DNA of 64,000 nucleotides from an archaeon. Lineage in GTDB: Archaea > Thermoproteota > Nitrososphaeria > Conexivisphaerales > UBA164. Numbering within the stretch: the stretch's first letter is position 1; the number at the start of each line of letters is the position of its first letter. The stretch covers positions 43,575 through 107,574 of the forward strand of contig JAJYTP010000002.1 of NCBI GenBank assembly GCA_021792955.1, written 5' to 3'. The translations under genes and the position numbers were made by a program. Below the pieces are notes generated by a model. It was not told where the DNA came from and made no database searches. It saw only the letters and a program-made list of their open reading frames with translations. This document shows, piece after piece, positions 1-9,118 of the stretch.

Positions 1-1
1 A

Positions 2-679
2 GAACCCTTCGCAATACTTGCCGGCGATACTCTTTTTGCTAAGGCATTCCAGATCCTTTCTCTATCGGCGATCCTGAGGCATCATCCAGATAGATATATG
101 AAGATAGCCGACCTGCTTGCAGGACAGAGCATAGACATTTGTGAAGGCCAGGCCATGGATATTACTAAGATAAGTGACTTCTATGACAGGGACCACTATA
201 TGGAGCTAATAAAAAAGAAGACATCGGCCCTGTTCATAGCAGCGTCTGAGGCTGGTGTCTTAGCCGCAGGGAAATACGAACATATTGGCGCTGCCAAGAG
301 GTACGGGGAAAGCCTGGGGTCCGCCTTCCAGATAGTCGATGACCTGCTCGGCATAGTAGGGAACCCAAAGGACACGGGAAAACCAGTTGGGGACGATATA
401 AGAGAGGGCAAGAAGACGCTTCCGATATTTATCGCTTTCAGTATGGCCGGCGAAAGCCTGAAAAAGGATATACTTAGTGCATATAAAGGTAAGAGCGGAC
501 AGGGGCAGATTGAGAGGCTCGTTGAGCAAATCAGGGGACTTGGCATCGAGGAACGAGTGAAGGAAATAGCATCGGCCTATGCCGAAGAGGCGAGGGGGGC
601 CCTGTCAAGCTTCCCAAAATGTCAAAGCAGGGATGAACTGGGAGAACTTGTCGAACTCGTCATCAAAAGATCTCATTGA
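2..679 (+). CDS. Polyprenyl (geranylgeranyl) diphosphate synthase, 5'-truncated by window edge
   Basis: Frame open from base 2 (EPFAILAGDTLF...); motifs CEGQAMD, KKTSALF, AFQIVDDLLG, GKPVGDDIREGKKT. Confidence 0.93.
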   Translation, partial: EPFAILAGDTLFAKAFQILSLSAILRHHPDRYMKIADLLAGQSIDICEGQAMDITKISDFYDRDHYMELIKKKTSALFIAASEAGVLAAGKYEHIGAAKRYGESLGSAFQIVDDLLGIVGNPKDTGKPVGDDIREGKKTLPIFIAFSMAGESLKKDILSAYKGKSGQGQIERLVEQIRGLGIEERVKEIASAYAEEARGALSSFPKCQSRDELGELVELVIKRSH

Positions 680-2390
680 AGCTGTTAAGCCGCTCATAAA
701 AAGGCTGGCAGCCGAAAACGCTGTAAGGCACGGAGGGAAGGCTGAAAGCGGAGCGGTGATGGGTAAAGTAGCTGCCATGAGGCCCGATGTTAGGCCCATC
801 ATCAAAGATCTAGCGCCGATCGTGGCAGAAATATGCAGGGAGGTTTCTGCGCTTTCGCAGGGGAAACAGGGTGAAATGGCGGGAGAGCCCGTAACTAGAA
901 TTCGGTCGGAACAGGAGGAAAGGAAACTGCCTCCATTACCATCCCGGGATAGATATAAGGAGATAAGGACACGCTTTGCACCTAACCCCAACAGCGTACT
1001 GCATCTGGGCTCAAGCCGTCCTGCAATACTCTCTCATGATTATGCTGCACAATACGGCGGCAAGTTCATCCTGAGGTTCGAGGATACTGACCCGCGCATC
1101 AAGAGGTCGGATCTGAAATTCTACGATTACATTCGTGAAGATCTCCGGTGGCTCGGTTGTGAATGGGATGAAGAGTATATTCAGAGCGACAGGATGAAGA
1201 TATATTATGAATATGCGGAGGCCGCCATTCGAGGGGGCAGCGCCTATGTATGCACCTGTTCACAGGAAAAATTCAAGGAACTTACCTTGGCCTCCAAGGC
1301 TTGCCCGTGCAGAGGACTTGATGCCAAGGAACAACTTGGGCGATTTAGGGAGATGGTTGAAGGAGGATATAAGGAGGGCTCGGCGGTCCTGAGGGTCAAG
1401 ACGGACCTGGACCATCCCAACCCTGCGGTCAGGGACTGGCCAGCCATGAGGATCATCGATCCGGCCAGCCATGCCCACCCAAGGGTAGGAAGCGATTTCA
1501 GGGTTTGGCCGCTGTATAACTGGGCCTCTGCAATAGACGATCATCTGATGGGGATTACGCACATAATAAGGGGACAGGAACATACCACCAACGCCGTTAG
1601 ACAGATGTATCTTTATGCGGCTTTTGGGTGGGAATATCCTACCACCCTCCATTGTGGGAGGCTGACCATCGAGGGCGGCTCGCTCAGCAAGTCGGAGATT
1701 GAAAAGGGCATAAGGGAACGCGCATTTGACGGATATGACGATTTGCGCCTAGGGACCCTTGTCGCGCTGAGACGAAGGGGCATAGAGGCTCAGGCCATAA
1801 GGAAGCTGGTTTATGAGCTAGGCGTCAAGCCGAGCGACGCGGTGATAAGCTGGGATAACCTCTTTTCAATAAACCGGAAGTTGATAGATGGCGTTGCAAA
1901 CAGGTATTTCGCTATCATAGACTCACCGGTAAGGCTCATGATAAGCGATTACCCGTATTCAGAGATCACTGTTCAACTTAAGAAACACCCAGATAGGTCT
2001 GAAACTAGGCACATCACAGTGAAGAAAAATGGGCCAGACCTAGAGCTATGGGTTGAAAGATCGGACATCGAAAGGATAGGGAAGGGCAACGAGTTCAGGC
2101 TCATGGGATTGGCCAATGCGGTGATCGTTGAAGTCGATCCAGCGGTTGCAAAATTTACCGGAAACGACGTATCTGCTGCTAGGGGGAAACAGCATATACA
2201 CTGGCTTCCGATCTCAGATCATTTAGAATTGGAGCTTATTAACAGGGAAAACGGGCTCCAGCATGGCATGATAGAAACCAATATAGCATCAGAGCAGGCA
2301 GGTAGCCATGTACAGCTGGAAAGGAAGTTCTTCGCTGTGGTGGAGAAGGCAGAGGCTGGGAAGGTGAAGCTGATCTACACTTCCGCATAA
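633..2390 (+). CDS. gltX: Glutamyl-tRNA synthetase (archaeal type)
   Basis: RTRFAPNPNSVLHLGS (HIGH-like), LRFEDTDP, HIIRGQEH, SLSKS (KMSKS-like); start moved to in-frame ATG 633. Confidence 0.95.
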   Translation: MNWENLSNSSSKDLIEAVKPLIKRLAAENAVRHGGKAESGAVMGKVAAMRPDVRPIIKDLAPIVAEICREVSALSQGKQGEMAGEPVTRIRSEQEERKLPPLPSRDRYKEIRTRFAPNPNSVLHLGSSRPAILSHDYAAQYGGKFILRFEDTDPRIKRSDLKFYDYIREDLRWLGCEWDEEYIQSDRMKIYYEYAEAAIRGGSAYVCTCSQEKFKELTLASKACPCRGLDAKEQLGRFREMVEGGYKEGSAVLRVKTDLDHPNPAVRDWPAMRIIDPASHAHPRVGSDFRVWPLYNWASAIDDHLMGITHIIRGQEHTTNAVRQMYLYAAFGWEYPTTLHCGRLTIEGGSLSKSEIEKGIRERAFDGYDDLRLGTLVALRRRGIEAQAIRKLVYELGVKPSDAVISWDNLFSINRKLIDGVANRYFAIIDSPVRLMISDYPYSEITVQLKKHPDRSETRHITVKKNGPDLELWVERSDIERIGKGNEFRLMGLANAVIVEVDPAVAKFTGNDVSAARGKQHIHWLPISDHLELELINRENGLQHGMIETNIASEQAGSHVQLERKFFAVVEKAEAGKVKLIYTSA

Positions 2391-2509
2391 ATTTATTTCT
2401 TCTCCGATCAAGGGATACCTTAAAGGAAGGAGGATTTTAAGTGAGCCTCTGTTAGACGCGTAACAGTTCGTGCAATATATTAATTAATATGTCATCTGAG
2501 GCTAATGAT

Positions 2510-2704
2510 ATGAATGAAGTGTGCCCAGAATGTGGTGGCAGTCTGCTCTATGATATCTCGACGAAGCGGCATACATGCAAGAATTGCGGTCTCTATATGA
2601 CGAAGGAGGAGCTGAGAAGATTAACTGATGAGAAGGCCAAGAAGGCACCGAGCAAGACTGAAAAACAGTCCGAATACCTGCAGTGGTGGCTGAGTAGGAA
2701 ATAG
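2510..2704 (+). CDS. Small zinc-ribbon protein (CPECGG...CKNCG)
   Basis: Two CxxC pairs; TATA-like TATATTAATTAA ~25 nt before ATG 2510 (ORF track start 2489). Confidence 0.75.
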   Translation: MNEVCPECGGSLLYDISTKRHTCKNCGLYMTKEELRRLTDEKAKKAPSKTEKQSEYLQWWLSRK

Positions 2705-2826
2705 GGCTCATAGCCTCACTGGTATGTATTAGGCTGGCCTGTAGTGAATTAACTTTGTAAAATATCATACATTTTCCATGTGCATCCGATAAGTTAAAAA
2801 GCCGTATAATTACGCTATTATCTTAA

Positions 2827-2910
2827 GCCGGGGTACCCTAGCCTGGTAGGGGGCAGGCCTGCTAAGTCTGTGGCCATTTGGCCTCGTGGGTTCAAATCCC
2901 ACCCCCGGCG
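2827..2910 (+). tRNA. tRNA-Ser(GCT), intronless, long variable arm
   Basis: GCCGGGG/CCCCGGC acceptor stem, CAGGC-CT-GCT-AA-GTCTG anticodon arm, variable arm GGCCATTTGGCC, GGTTCAAATCC T-loop. Confidence 0.97.
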
Positions 2911-3037
2911 TTCTGGAGCCTAAATATTAAGAAATCATTTGTACTACGTAGATCTTATTTGACAATAAAATAGACGAATACGGGGGATGCAATTGCTATT
3001 AACGCATCATTAAATTGCTATGAGACGATCGCAGAAA

Positions 3038-3116
3038 GACATCCTCCAACGTTCAAGCGCGTGAGCTTCCTGTGGGGCTATCCCGCTTGCGGGTTCGTCA
3101 ACCAGCAGGGAACTCC
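3038..3116 (-). mobile_element. Orphan IS200/IS605-type right end / TnpB omegaRNA-like scaffold, copy A
   Basis: Minus strand GGAGTTCCCTGCTGGTTGACGAACCCGCAAGCGGGATAGCCCCACAGGAAGCTCACGCGCTTGAACGTTGGAGGATGTC; homologous to 22701-22776; ends like the GAAGCNCACG...CGTGGGAGGATGTCAC right ends recalled for this family. Confidence 0.65.
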
Positions 3117-3341
3117 TTTCCCGATTTGGCAACACACGACTAACATCAGCCTGATGAAGCTAGTTTTATCTGCACCGGTATGAATTCTTGCATAGCCATC
3201 ATTTGCATATTATCATCTTAAATAACATTTGAACAAAGTAACCGTTGTTGGAGGAAGCCCATATATATTTTCTTAGCTAAAGCATGAGCAGACACGATAA
3301 ACGACGGTGCGTCTAAATATAAAAAGAATATAAATTAAGGA

Positions 3342-4154
3342 TTGAGTAGAAAGGTTGTGACAAAGGATATAGTTGTAGTAAAGGTTGGAACTGCGGTGCT
3401 CACGGAGAACGGCAGAATAAGCGCTTCCCTTATCGAGAGCGTAAGTTCACAAATTTCCGAGCTGATGCCCACTAGATCTTTCATCATCGTAAGCTCTGGC
3501 GCCATTCTCGCCGGCATCTCTAAGATCGGGCTTACATTATCACCACAGGAGCTGGATCTTACTACCAAGCAAATGTGCGCGGCCGTTGGTCAACCATGGT
3601 TGATGTCGCTTTACAGTGACGCATTTGCCAAACGCAATATTATAACAGCTCAAATACTATTGACCGAAAATGACCTTGGAAACAAATACGAATACCAAAA
3701 CTTCTGGAGGACCCTGAGAGCGCTGATAGTGAATAACATTGTGCCAATAATAAACGAAAACGATGTGGTTTCTACAAGGGAATTGATGCCGGTCAACCCA
3801 TACGTACCTGACTACGTGAGATTTGGTGACAACGATAGGCTATCGGCGATAATTGCGACAAAGGTCAGGGCTAAGTCCTTGATAATCCTCACCGATGTAG
3901 ATGGATATATATCTAACGGCTCTGTTATGAAGGAAATAGCAGATATACGGAACGAGCTTAAGGCTACAAAGGATAAGCCAAATAGATTTGGCAGGGGAGG
4001 GATGAAATCCAAACTGGAGGCGGCCGGCATAGCGTCAAAACATAAGACAACTACGTATATAGTGAACGGCAGAAGGCCCGGCATAATACGAAATGTGCTT
4101 TCAGGTGAATATACAGGTACAGCGGTCTTCCCAAAGGGTTCAAGCACCAGGTAA
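3342..4154 (+). CDS. proB: Glutamate 5-kinase (no PUA domain)
   Basis: VVVKVGT, VSSGA, AAVGQ, IINENDVV, FGDNDRLSA, GGMKSKLEAA. Confidence 0.93.
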   Translation: MSRKVVTKDIVVVKVGTAVLTENGRISASLIESVSSQISELMPTRSFIIVSSGAILAGISKIGLTLSPQELDLTTKQMCAAVGQPWLMSLYSDAFAKRNIITAQILLTENDLGNKYEYQNFWRTLRALIVNNIVPIINENDVVSTRELMPVNPYVPDYVRFGDNDRLSAIIATKVRAKSLIILTDVDGYISNGSVMKEIADIRNELKATKDKPNRFGRGGMKSKLEAAGIASKHKTTTYIVNGRRPGIIRNVLSGEYTGTAVFPKGSSTR

Positions 4155-4252
4155 GTTTATAACGAACAGCGCAAATTTTTGAACTATTATGATGGCCTTG
4201 CAATTTGAAGTAGCCAATAAGGTTTTGGCATACATTGCCAGCCTTTTTATAG

Positions 4253-4795
4253 TTGGTAATTGATTTGTCAAGAAAGAACGACCACTTGGCCTTGGCCCAG
4301 TATCACCAGGATAGGATCGCGGTAGAGTTGAAAGGAAATGAAGCGCTGTTGAACAGAGGCTATGGCAGGGTGGAAGGAAAGAGGATAGTTTTAAGGACCT
4401 ATGAAGCCCTGTACCTCCTTGAGAAGGAGGAAATCGAAGTTCGTGATGGAAAGAAAAAGCTAGGATATGCCGATCTTGTAAGGGATCTGAGGTTTCAAAG
4501 GGATGGCCTTTCAAAGTATCTGATATATAAGGACCTTCGGGACAAGGGATATGTAGTAAAGGAAGGACTGGATAGGGAGCTTTCCCTTAAGGCATATGAA
4601 AAGGGGGAATACGAGGGTAAACCATCTAAATACCTTATAGCGATAATGAACGAAGGAGAAAGGATAAGGGCTAAATCACTGGAAGGCGTTGTGAATGAAG
4701 CGATAAGGCAGTCAAAGGTGCCCATCATAGCCGTTGTGGATAGAAGAGGAGAGATAATTTACTATCGTGGCTTCTTGGTGGCCAATCACAATTGA
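4253..4795 (+). CDS. tRNA splicing endonuclease subunit, probably the structural (beta) subunit
   Basis: GYG...YEALYL, IYKDLRDKGYVVK, AVVDRRGEIIYY; the catalytic-subunit KFGxDF and His motifs are not evident. Confidence 0.8.
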   Translation: MVIDLSRKNDHLALAQYHQDRIAVELKGNEALLNRGYGRVEGKRIVLRTYEALYLLEKEEIEVRDGKKKLGYADLVRDLRFQRDGLSKYLIYKDLRDKGYVVKEGLDRELSLKAYEKGEYEGKPSKYLIAIMNEGERIRAKSLEGVVNEAIRQSKVPIIAVVDRRGEIIYYRGFLVANHN

Positions 4796-4854
4796 GCATA
4801 GCCCCCCTAACGCTTATAGGGCTGGTTAGCAGCATATTAAAGGCGATAATCTAG

Positions 4855-6006
4855 TTGAGCTGGGTAGAGAAGTACAGGCCTCTCACTTTAGATAGGCTGA
4901 TAGGCAATGAAGATAAACGCAGTGAATTAAAGGGATGGCTGAAGGGTTGGCATGTAGGAAGGAAGCCGGTTCTCCTCATAGGTCCTGCCGGTACGGGAAA
5001 GACTACAGCTGCACGTGCTCTGGCGGCCGACGCCGGCTACAGAGTAGTGGAACTAAATGCGAGCGACACCAGGACATCAGTGGAGCTGGACCGTAGGCTA
5101 AGCAGCATAACTCCGGTGGATCTGGAGGGTAAGAGGATACTGTTATTTCTTGATGAAGTGGATGGGCTCTTTACAAGGGGGGATTATGGAGGGGCCGAAT
5201 TCATAATAAGCATAATAGATAAGATGGAAGTGCCCCTGATACTCGCTGCTAACGATGGAAGCCCTGAATTTATGAAAAAATTGAGGGGTAAGTGTCTGGT
5301 CCTTAACTTCTATCGTGTCCCTCTGAGGGAGCTTGAGTTGCTCCTAAAGTATATAATCAAGGTGGAGGGGATAGATGTTCCATTCAGGAAGCTTAAGGAT
5401 ATAGTCAAAGCCTCTGGGGGAGACGTAAGGTTCGCCATAAATTCACTGCAATCTTCAAGCGGGATGGAGGCCGGAACCGGCGAAAAGGACGCAAGTTCAG
5501 GTGGTATGGTGGACGCGATAAGCGGCGCCATGGCCGCATCGGATATCGATGAAGCGATTGGAGCTCTGTCAAAGTGGTCGGCGTCACCCGACGATAAGCT
5601 ACGGGCCGTATATGCTACGTTGATTGGCTCGGCAGCCTCCGACCTAAGGACGCGGTTGGCAATCCTATCAGATGCCGATCTCCTACTGGGAAATATAAAG
5701 GCCGTACAGGAGTGGAGGCTTTACCGTTATTTTTATGCGATACTATCCAGGTCCCTGATGGGGCTGAACGCGCAGGTCAACGAATATTCGATACCATTTA
5801 CAATGTTGAGGGAACTATGGAAGAGGAAACACTCGGTGGCCCTTGCCCAGAAAATATCCAGAGATATGAAGGTCTCCATCGGGTTCGCCTCGGTCGAAAT
5901 CGAACCATTATACATCCTTATAGCTGATAAGATGGGCTGGAGCTCCGATGAAGAGGGGATGTCCAAATATATGGGCGCGGAAATGACCAGGATCAGAAAT
6001 GGTTAA
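4855..6006 (+). CDS. rfcL: Replication factor C large subunit
   Basis: WVEKYRP, GPAGTGKT, ELNASD, LDEVDG, GDVRFAINSLQ. Confidence 0.88.
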   Translation: MSWVEKYRPLTLDRLIGNEDKRSELKGWLKGWHVGRKPVLLIGPAGTGKTTAARALAADAGYRVVELNASDTRTSVELDRRLSSITPVDLEGKRILLFLDEVDGLFTRGDYGGAEFIISIIDKMEVPLILAANDGSPEFMKKLRGKCLVLNFYRVPLRELELLLKYIIKVEGIDVPFRKLKDIVKASGGDVRFAINSLQSSSGMEAGTGEKDASSGGMVDAISGAMAASDIDEAIGALSKWSASPDDKLRAVYATLIGSAASDLRTRLAILSDADLLLGNIKAVQEWRLYRYFYAILSRSLMGLNAQVNEYSIPFTMLRELWKRKHSVALAQKISRDMKVSIGFASVEIEPLYILIADKMGWSSDEEGMSKYMGAEMTRIRNG

Positions 6007-6021
6007 AGACGAGCTAGTAAA

Positions 6022-8754
6022 ATGGATGGTATATTGAAAAAGGATGAACTGAGAGCAGAATTCAGCAGGGAGCGCCCCGAGCTGTACAGGGTGCCCCTTT
6101 TCGAGGAGAAGGGGTTCATCAGGAAGGTGTGCAAATCGTGTGGCAGGTACTTTTGGACCTTGGATGAAGGACGGGAGTACTGTCCCAATCAGCCATGCTC
6201 TAGGTACCAGTTTATAGGCAATCCATCAGGTGAGAAGCTTAACTATGTAGATACATGGAAAAAGATAAGGTCATTCTTTGAAGGGGAAGGGCACACCTAT
6301 GTAAAGAGGTATCCGGTAGTAGCAAGGTGGAGGCCAGATCTATATTTCACCGTAGCATCCATAATAGACTTTCAGAGGATCGAAGGTGGGAGGGTTATAT
6401 TCGAGTTTCCAGCCAATCCTCTGATCGTGCCACAGATAAGCCTGCGGTTTAACGATGTGATAAACGTGGGCGTGACCGGGCGTCATTACACTTCCTTCTG
6501 TATGGTCGGTCAGCATGCGATGAACGATCAGCACGGTTACTGGAAGGAGAGGACCATCGATCTCGATTATCATCTTCTGACTTCGGTGTTCGGCATCGCG
6601 CCTAAGGATATAGTATTTGTCGAGGACATCTGGGTGGGCTATGGCGCCTTCGGATATTCTCTTGAGTTCTTTGTAAAGAACCTGGAGCTTGGTAATGCGG
6701 TTTTCACGGAGTTCGAGGGAACTCCATCCTCATACAGAAGGTTCTCACCTACAATAGTGGATATGGGCGCTGGCCTGGAGAGGTTCGTGTGGCTTTTGAA
6801 CGGGACCCCCACCAGCTACGATGCGGTTTTCGGAGAGGTTGAAAAGAAGTTCATTGACCGCAATTCCATTTCTCTGGATGTGGAGGGCGTAAACGAGTTC
6901 TTCAAGGAGGCAGGTCAGATAGACCTTTCTGAAGTTACCAGCCCTCAAACTGTAATGAAGGACCTTCTTCATTCTTTCAACTACAGTGACAAACAGCTTG
7001 ACTCCTTATACAAGATGCAGGATATGTATGCGTTGCTGGATCATACGAGGACGCTCCTTTTCGCGCTTGTGGATGGGGGACTGCCAAGCAACGTTGGTGG
7101 TGGCTATAACCTGAGGGTCATACTTAGGCGGTCACTGGACATAATCAGGAGGAATGCATGGAGCATAGATATTTATGAACTGATGGAGTGGCACTCAAGC
7201 CACCTTAAGGATATGTATCCCGAACTTGGCGAGTCCATTGAAGCTGCCAGGGAGGTGATCAAGGTCGAATCGGACAGATATACGGTTACCTCGGAGAGGG
7301 CTGGTAAGATAGCTGAAGGGTACAGGCACAAACAGGTGACAGTAGACGAGCTGGTGAAATTATATGAGTCTGATGGCATCACACCTGAACTGTTTCAGAG
7401 GGCAGGCATAATATCTGAGGTGCCAGCCGAATTCTATGAAAAGCTGACAGAGCGGCACGGTAATCCGCATCCGGAGGCACAACCGAAACCGATCTTTAAC
7501 GGTCGGGGGGTCCAAAAGACCGAACTCCTCTTTTATCAGAATAAGTACCTGTTTCAATTCAGGGCAAAAGTACTGAAGGTTGATGGACCATATGTTATGC
7601 TAGACAGGACCGCCTTCTATGCCAGGTCGGGAGGACAGGAACCTGATACCGGCTATATAGAAGGAAAGGCGGTCGTGGACGTAGTGAAGTCGGATGACGT
7701 AATAGCCCACAGGGTAGATGACGGTAATTTCAGAGAAGGCCAGGAAGTGGAATGCTCGGTTAACAGCAAGAGAAGGCTGGCACTGATGAGACACCACTCG
7801 GCCACGCATATATTGAACGGAGCCGCAAGGGAGCTGCTTGGACCGTGGGTATGGCAGAATTCCGCCTTTAAGGATGAACAAAAGGCCCGTTTGGATATAA
7901 CTCATCACTCGCATTTGACAAAGGAACAGGTCAGGGCTATCGAGGATCTGGCAAACTCGGTAGTAATGAACGATCTGGAGATGAGCACCGAGGTAATGCA
8001 CAGGAACGAGGCTGAATCAAAGTATGGCTTCAAAATTTATCAGGGGGGGGTTACCCCTAGCGACAGCCTGCGGATAGTCAGCATCAAGGGGTTTGATACA
8101 GAGGCGTGTGGTGGAACGCACTGTGATAGGACAGGCCAGGTGGGCCCCATAAAGGTGCTCAGGGCCGAGAGGATACAGGATGGTGTAGAGAGGTTGGAAT
8201 TCGTTGCAGGTGAAGCAGCGCTGGACTATTTCAGGGGTAGAGAGGACTCGCTTTCAAGGATTGCAACGGAGATCAGAGCGCCTGATGATTATTCGAACGA
8301 CCTGTCGGTTCCGGTCAAGGAACTGGTTTCAAAGCTGAAGGTTGAGGAAGAAAAGAGGAAGAGGCTGCTGACGATTTTAGCGGGTTACGTATCAGGTGAC
8401 GCTGAACGGTCATCCTCTCGGTTCATGGTAATCGATGGGGAGGGCCTTGATTCTGGTGATCATATATACCTAGGGGACGGACTTACAAGGGATCGCGATC
8501 TGGTATACTTGGGCGTATGGAAGCTTAAGCAAGGGTATGGGTATATCATATTTGCGGGCGGAGAAATGCGCAAGCCCATCGATGCAAAGGCCATCTCCGA
8601 TGCCCTGATCAAGGAATTCGGTGGGAGGGGGGGCGGAAGAGGAGGGAGGATGGCGCAGGGCGCCATGGATCATTATGATGGTAAGCGTGCGAGGGAGTTG
8701 ATTGGGGAATTAATCGGCGACAAAGGTCAGGGCGTACGCAATGACAGCCTGTAG
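6022..8754 (+). CDS. alaS: Alanyl-tRNA synthetase (archaeal type)
   Basis: N-terminal CKSCG zinc motif, YPVVARWRPDLYFTVASI, VDMGAGLER, editing domain HSATH...EACGGTH, C-Ala GGRGGG. Confidence 0.97.
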   Translation: MDGILKKDELRAEFSRERPELYRVPLFEEKGFIRKVCKSCGRYFWTLDEGREYCPNQPCSRYQFIGNPSGEKLNYVDTWKKIRSFFEGEGHTYVKRYPVVARWRPDLYFTVASIIDFQRIEGGRVIFEFPANPLIVPQISLRFNDVINVGVTGRHYTSFCMVGQHAMNDQHGYWKERTIDLDYHLLTSVFGIAPKDIVFVEDIWVGYGAFGYSLEFFVKNLELGNAVFTEFEGTPSSYRRFSPTIVDMGAGLERFVWLLNGTPTSYDAVFGEVEKKFIDRNSISLDVEGVNEFFKEAGQIDLSEVTSPQTVMKDLLHSFNYSDKQLDSLYKMQDMYALLDHTRTLLFALVDGGLPSNVGGGYNLRVILRRSLDIIRRNAWSIDIYELMEWHSSHLKDMYPELGESIEAAREVIKVESDRYTVTSERAGKIAEGYRHKQVTVDELVKLYESDGITPELFQRAGIISEVPAEFYEKLTERHGNPHPEAQPKPIFNGRGVQKTELLFYQNKYLFQFRAKVLKVDGPYVMLDRTAFYARSGGQEPDTGYIEGKAVVDVVKSDDVIAHRVDDGNFREGQEVECSVNSKRRLALMRHHSATHILNGAARELLGPWVWQNSAFKDEQKARLDITHHSHLTKEQVRAIEDLANSVVMNDLEMSTEVMHRNEAESKYGFKIYQGGVTPSDSLRIVSIKGFDTEACGGTHCDRTGQVGPIKVLRAERIQDGVERLEFVAGEAALDYFRGREDSLSRIATEIRAPDDYSNDLSVPVKELVSKLKVEEEKRKRLLTILAGYVSGDAERSSSRFMVIDGEGLDSGDHIYLGDGLTRDRDLVYLGVWKLKQGYGYIIFAGGEMRKPIDAKAISDALIKEFGGRGGGRGGRMAQGAMDHYDGKRARELIGELIGDKGQGVRNDSL

Positions 8755-8854
8755 ATAGTGGATAGGGCAAAATAGCCCGGTCATCCAGGGCCGATATTAT
8801 AGCACAAAATTTATAGCCTGTGTCTTGAATGGTAAGATGCGGTAGCGATCCTAA

Positions 8855-9118
8855 GTGTTGCCAGTTAAAACCGGGAAGAAATTTGAAGTTACTATAGGGC
8901 CTCCTAAGTTAACGAAGTTTGAAAGGGCAAGGATACTCGGTGCGAGGGCGCTCATGCTTTCAAATGGCGCGCCGCCATTTATAGACTACATGTCCAAGTT
9001 CAGAAGTTCACTGGATATAGCACAGGAGGAGCTAAAGAGCAAGGCCCTCCCGATATCCGTAAGGCGGGTACTCCCCTCAGGAATTTATCAGGATATACCT
9101 CTTGATTATCTTCTATGA
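8855..9118 (+). CDS. rpoK: RNA polymerase subunit Rpo6/K
   Basis: LTKFERARILGARALMLSNGAP...IAQEEL...LPISVRRVLP. Confidence 0.95.
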   Translation: MLPVKTGKKFEVTIGPPKLTKFERARILGARALMLSNGAPPFIDYMSKFRSSLDIAQEELKSKALPISVRRVLPSGIYQDIPLDYLL

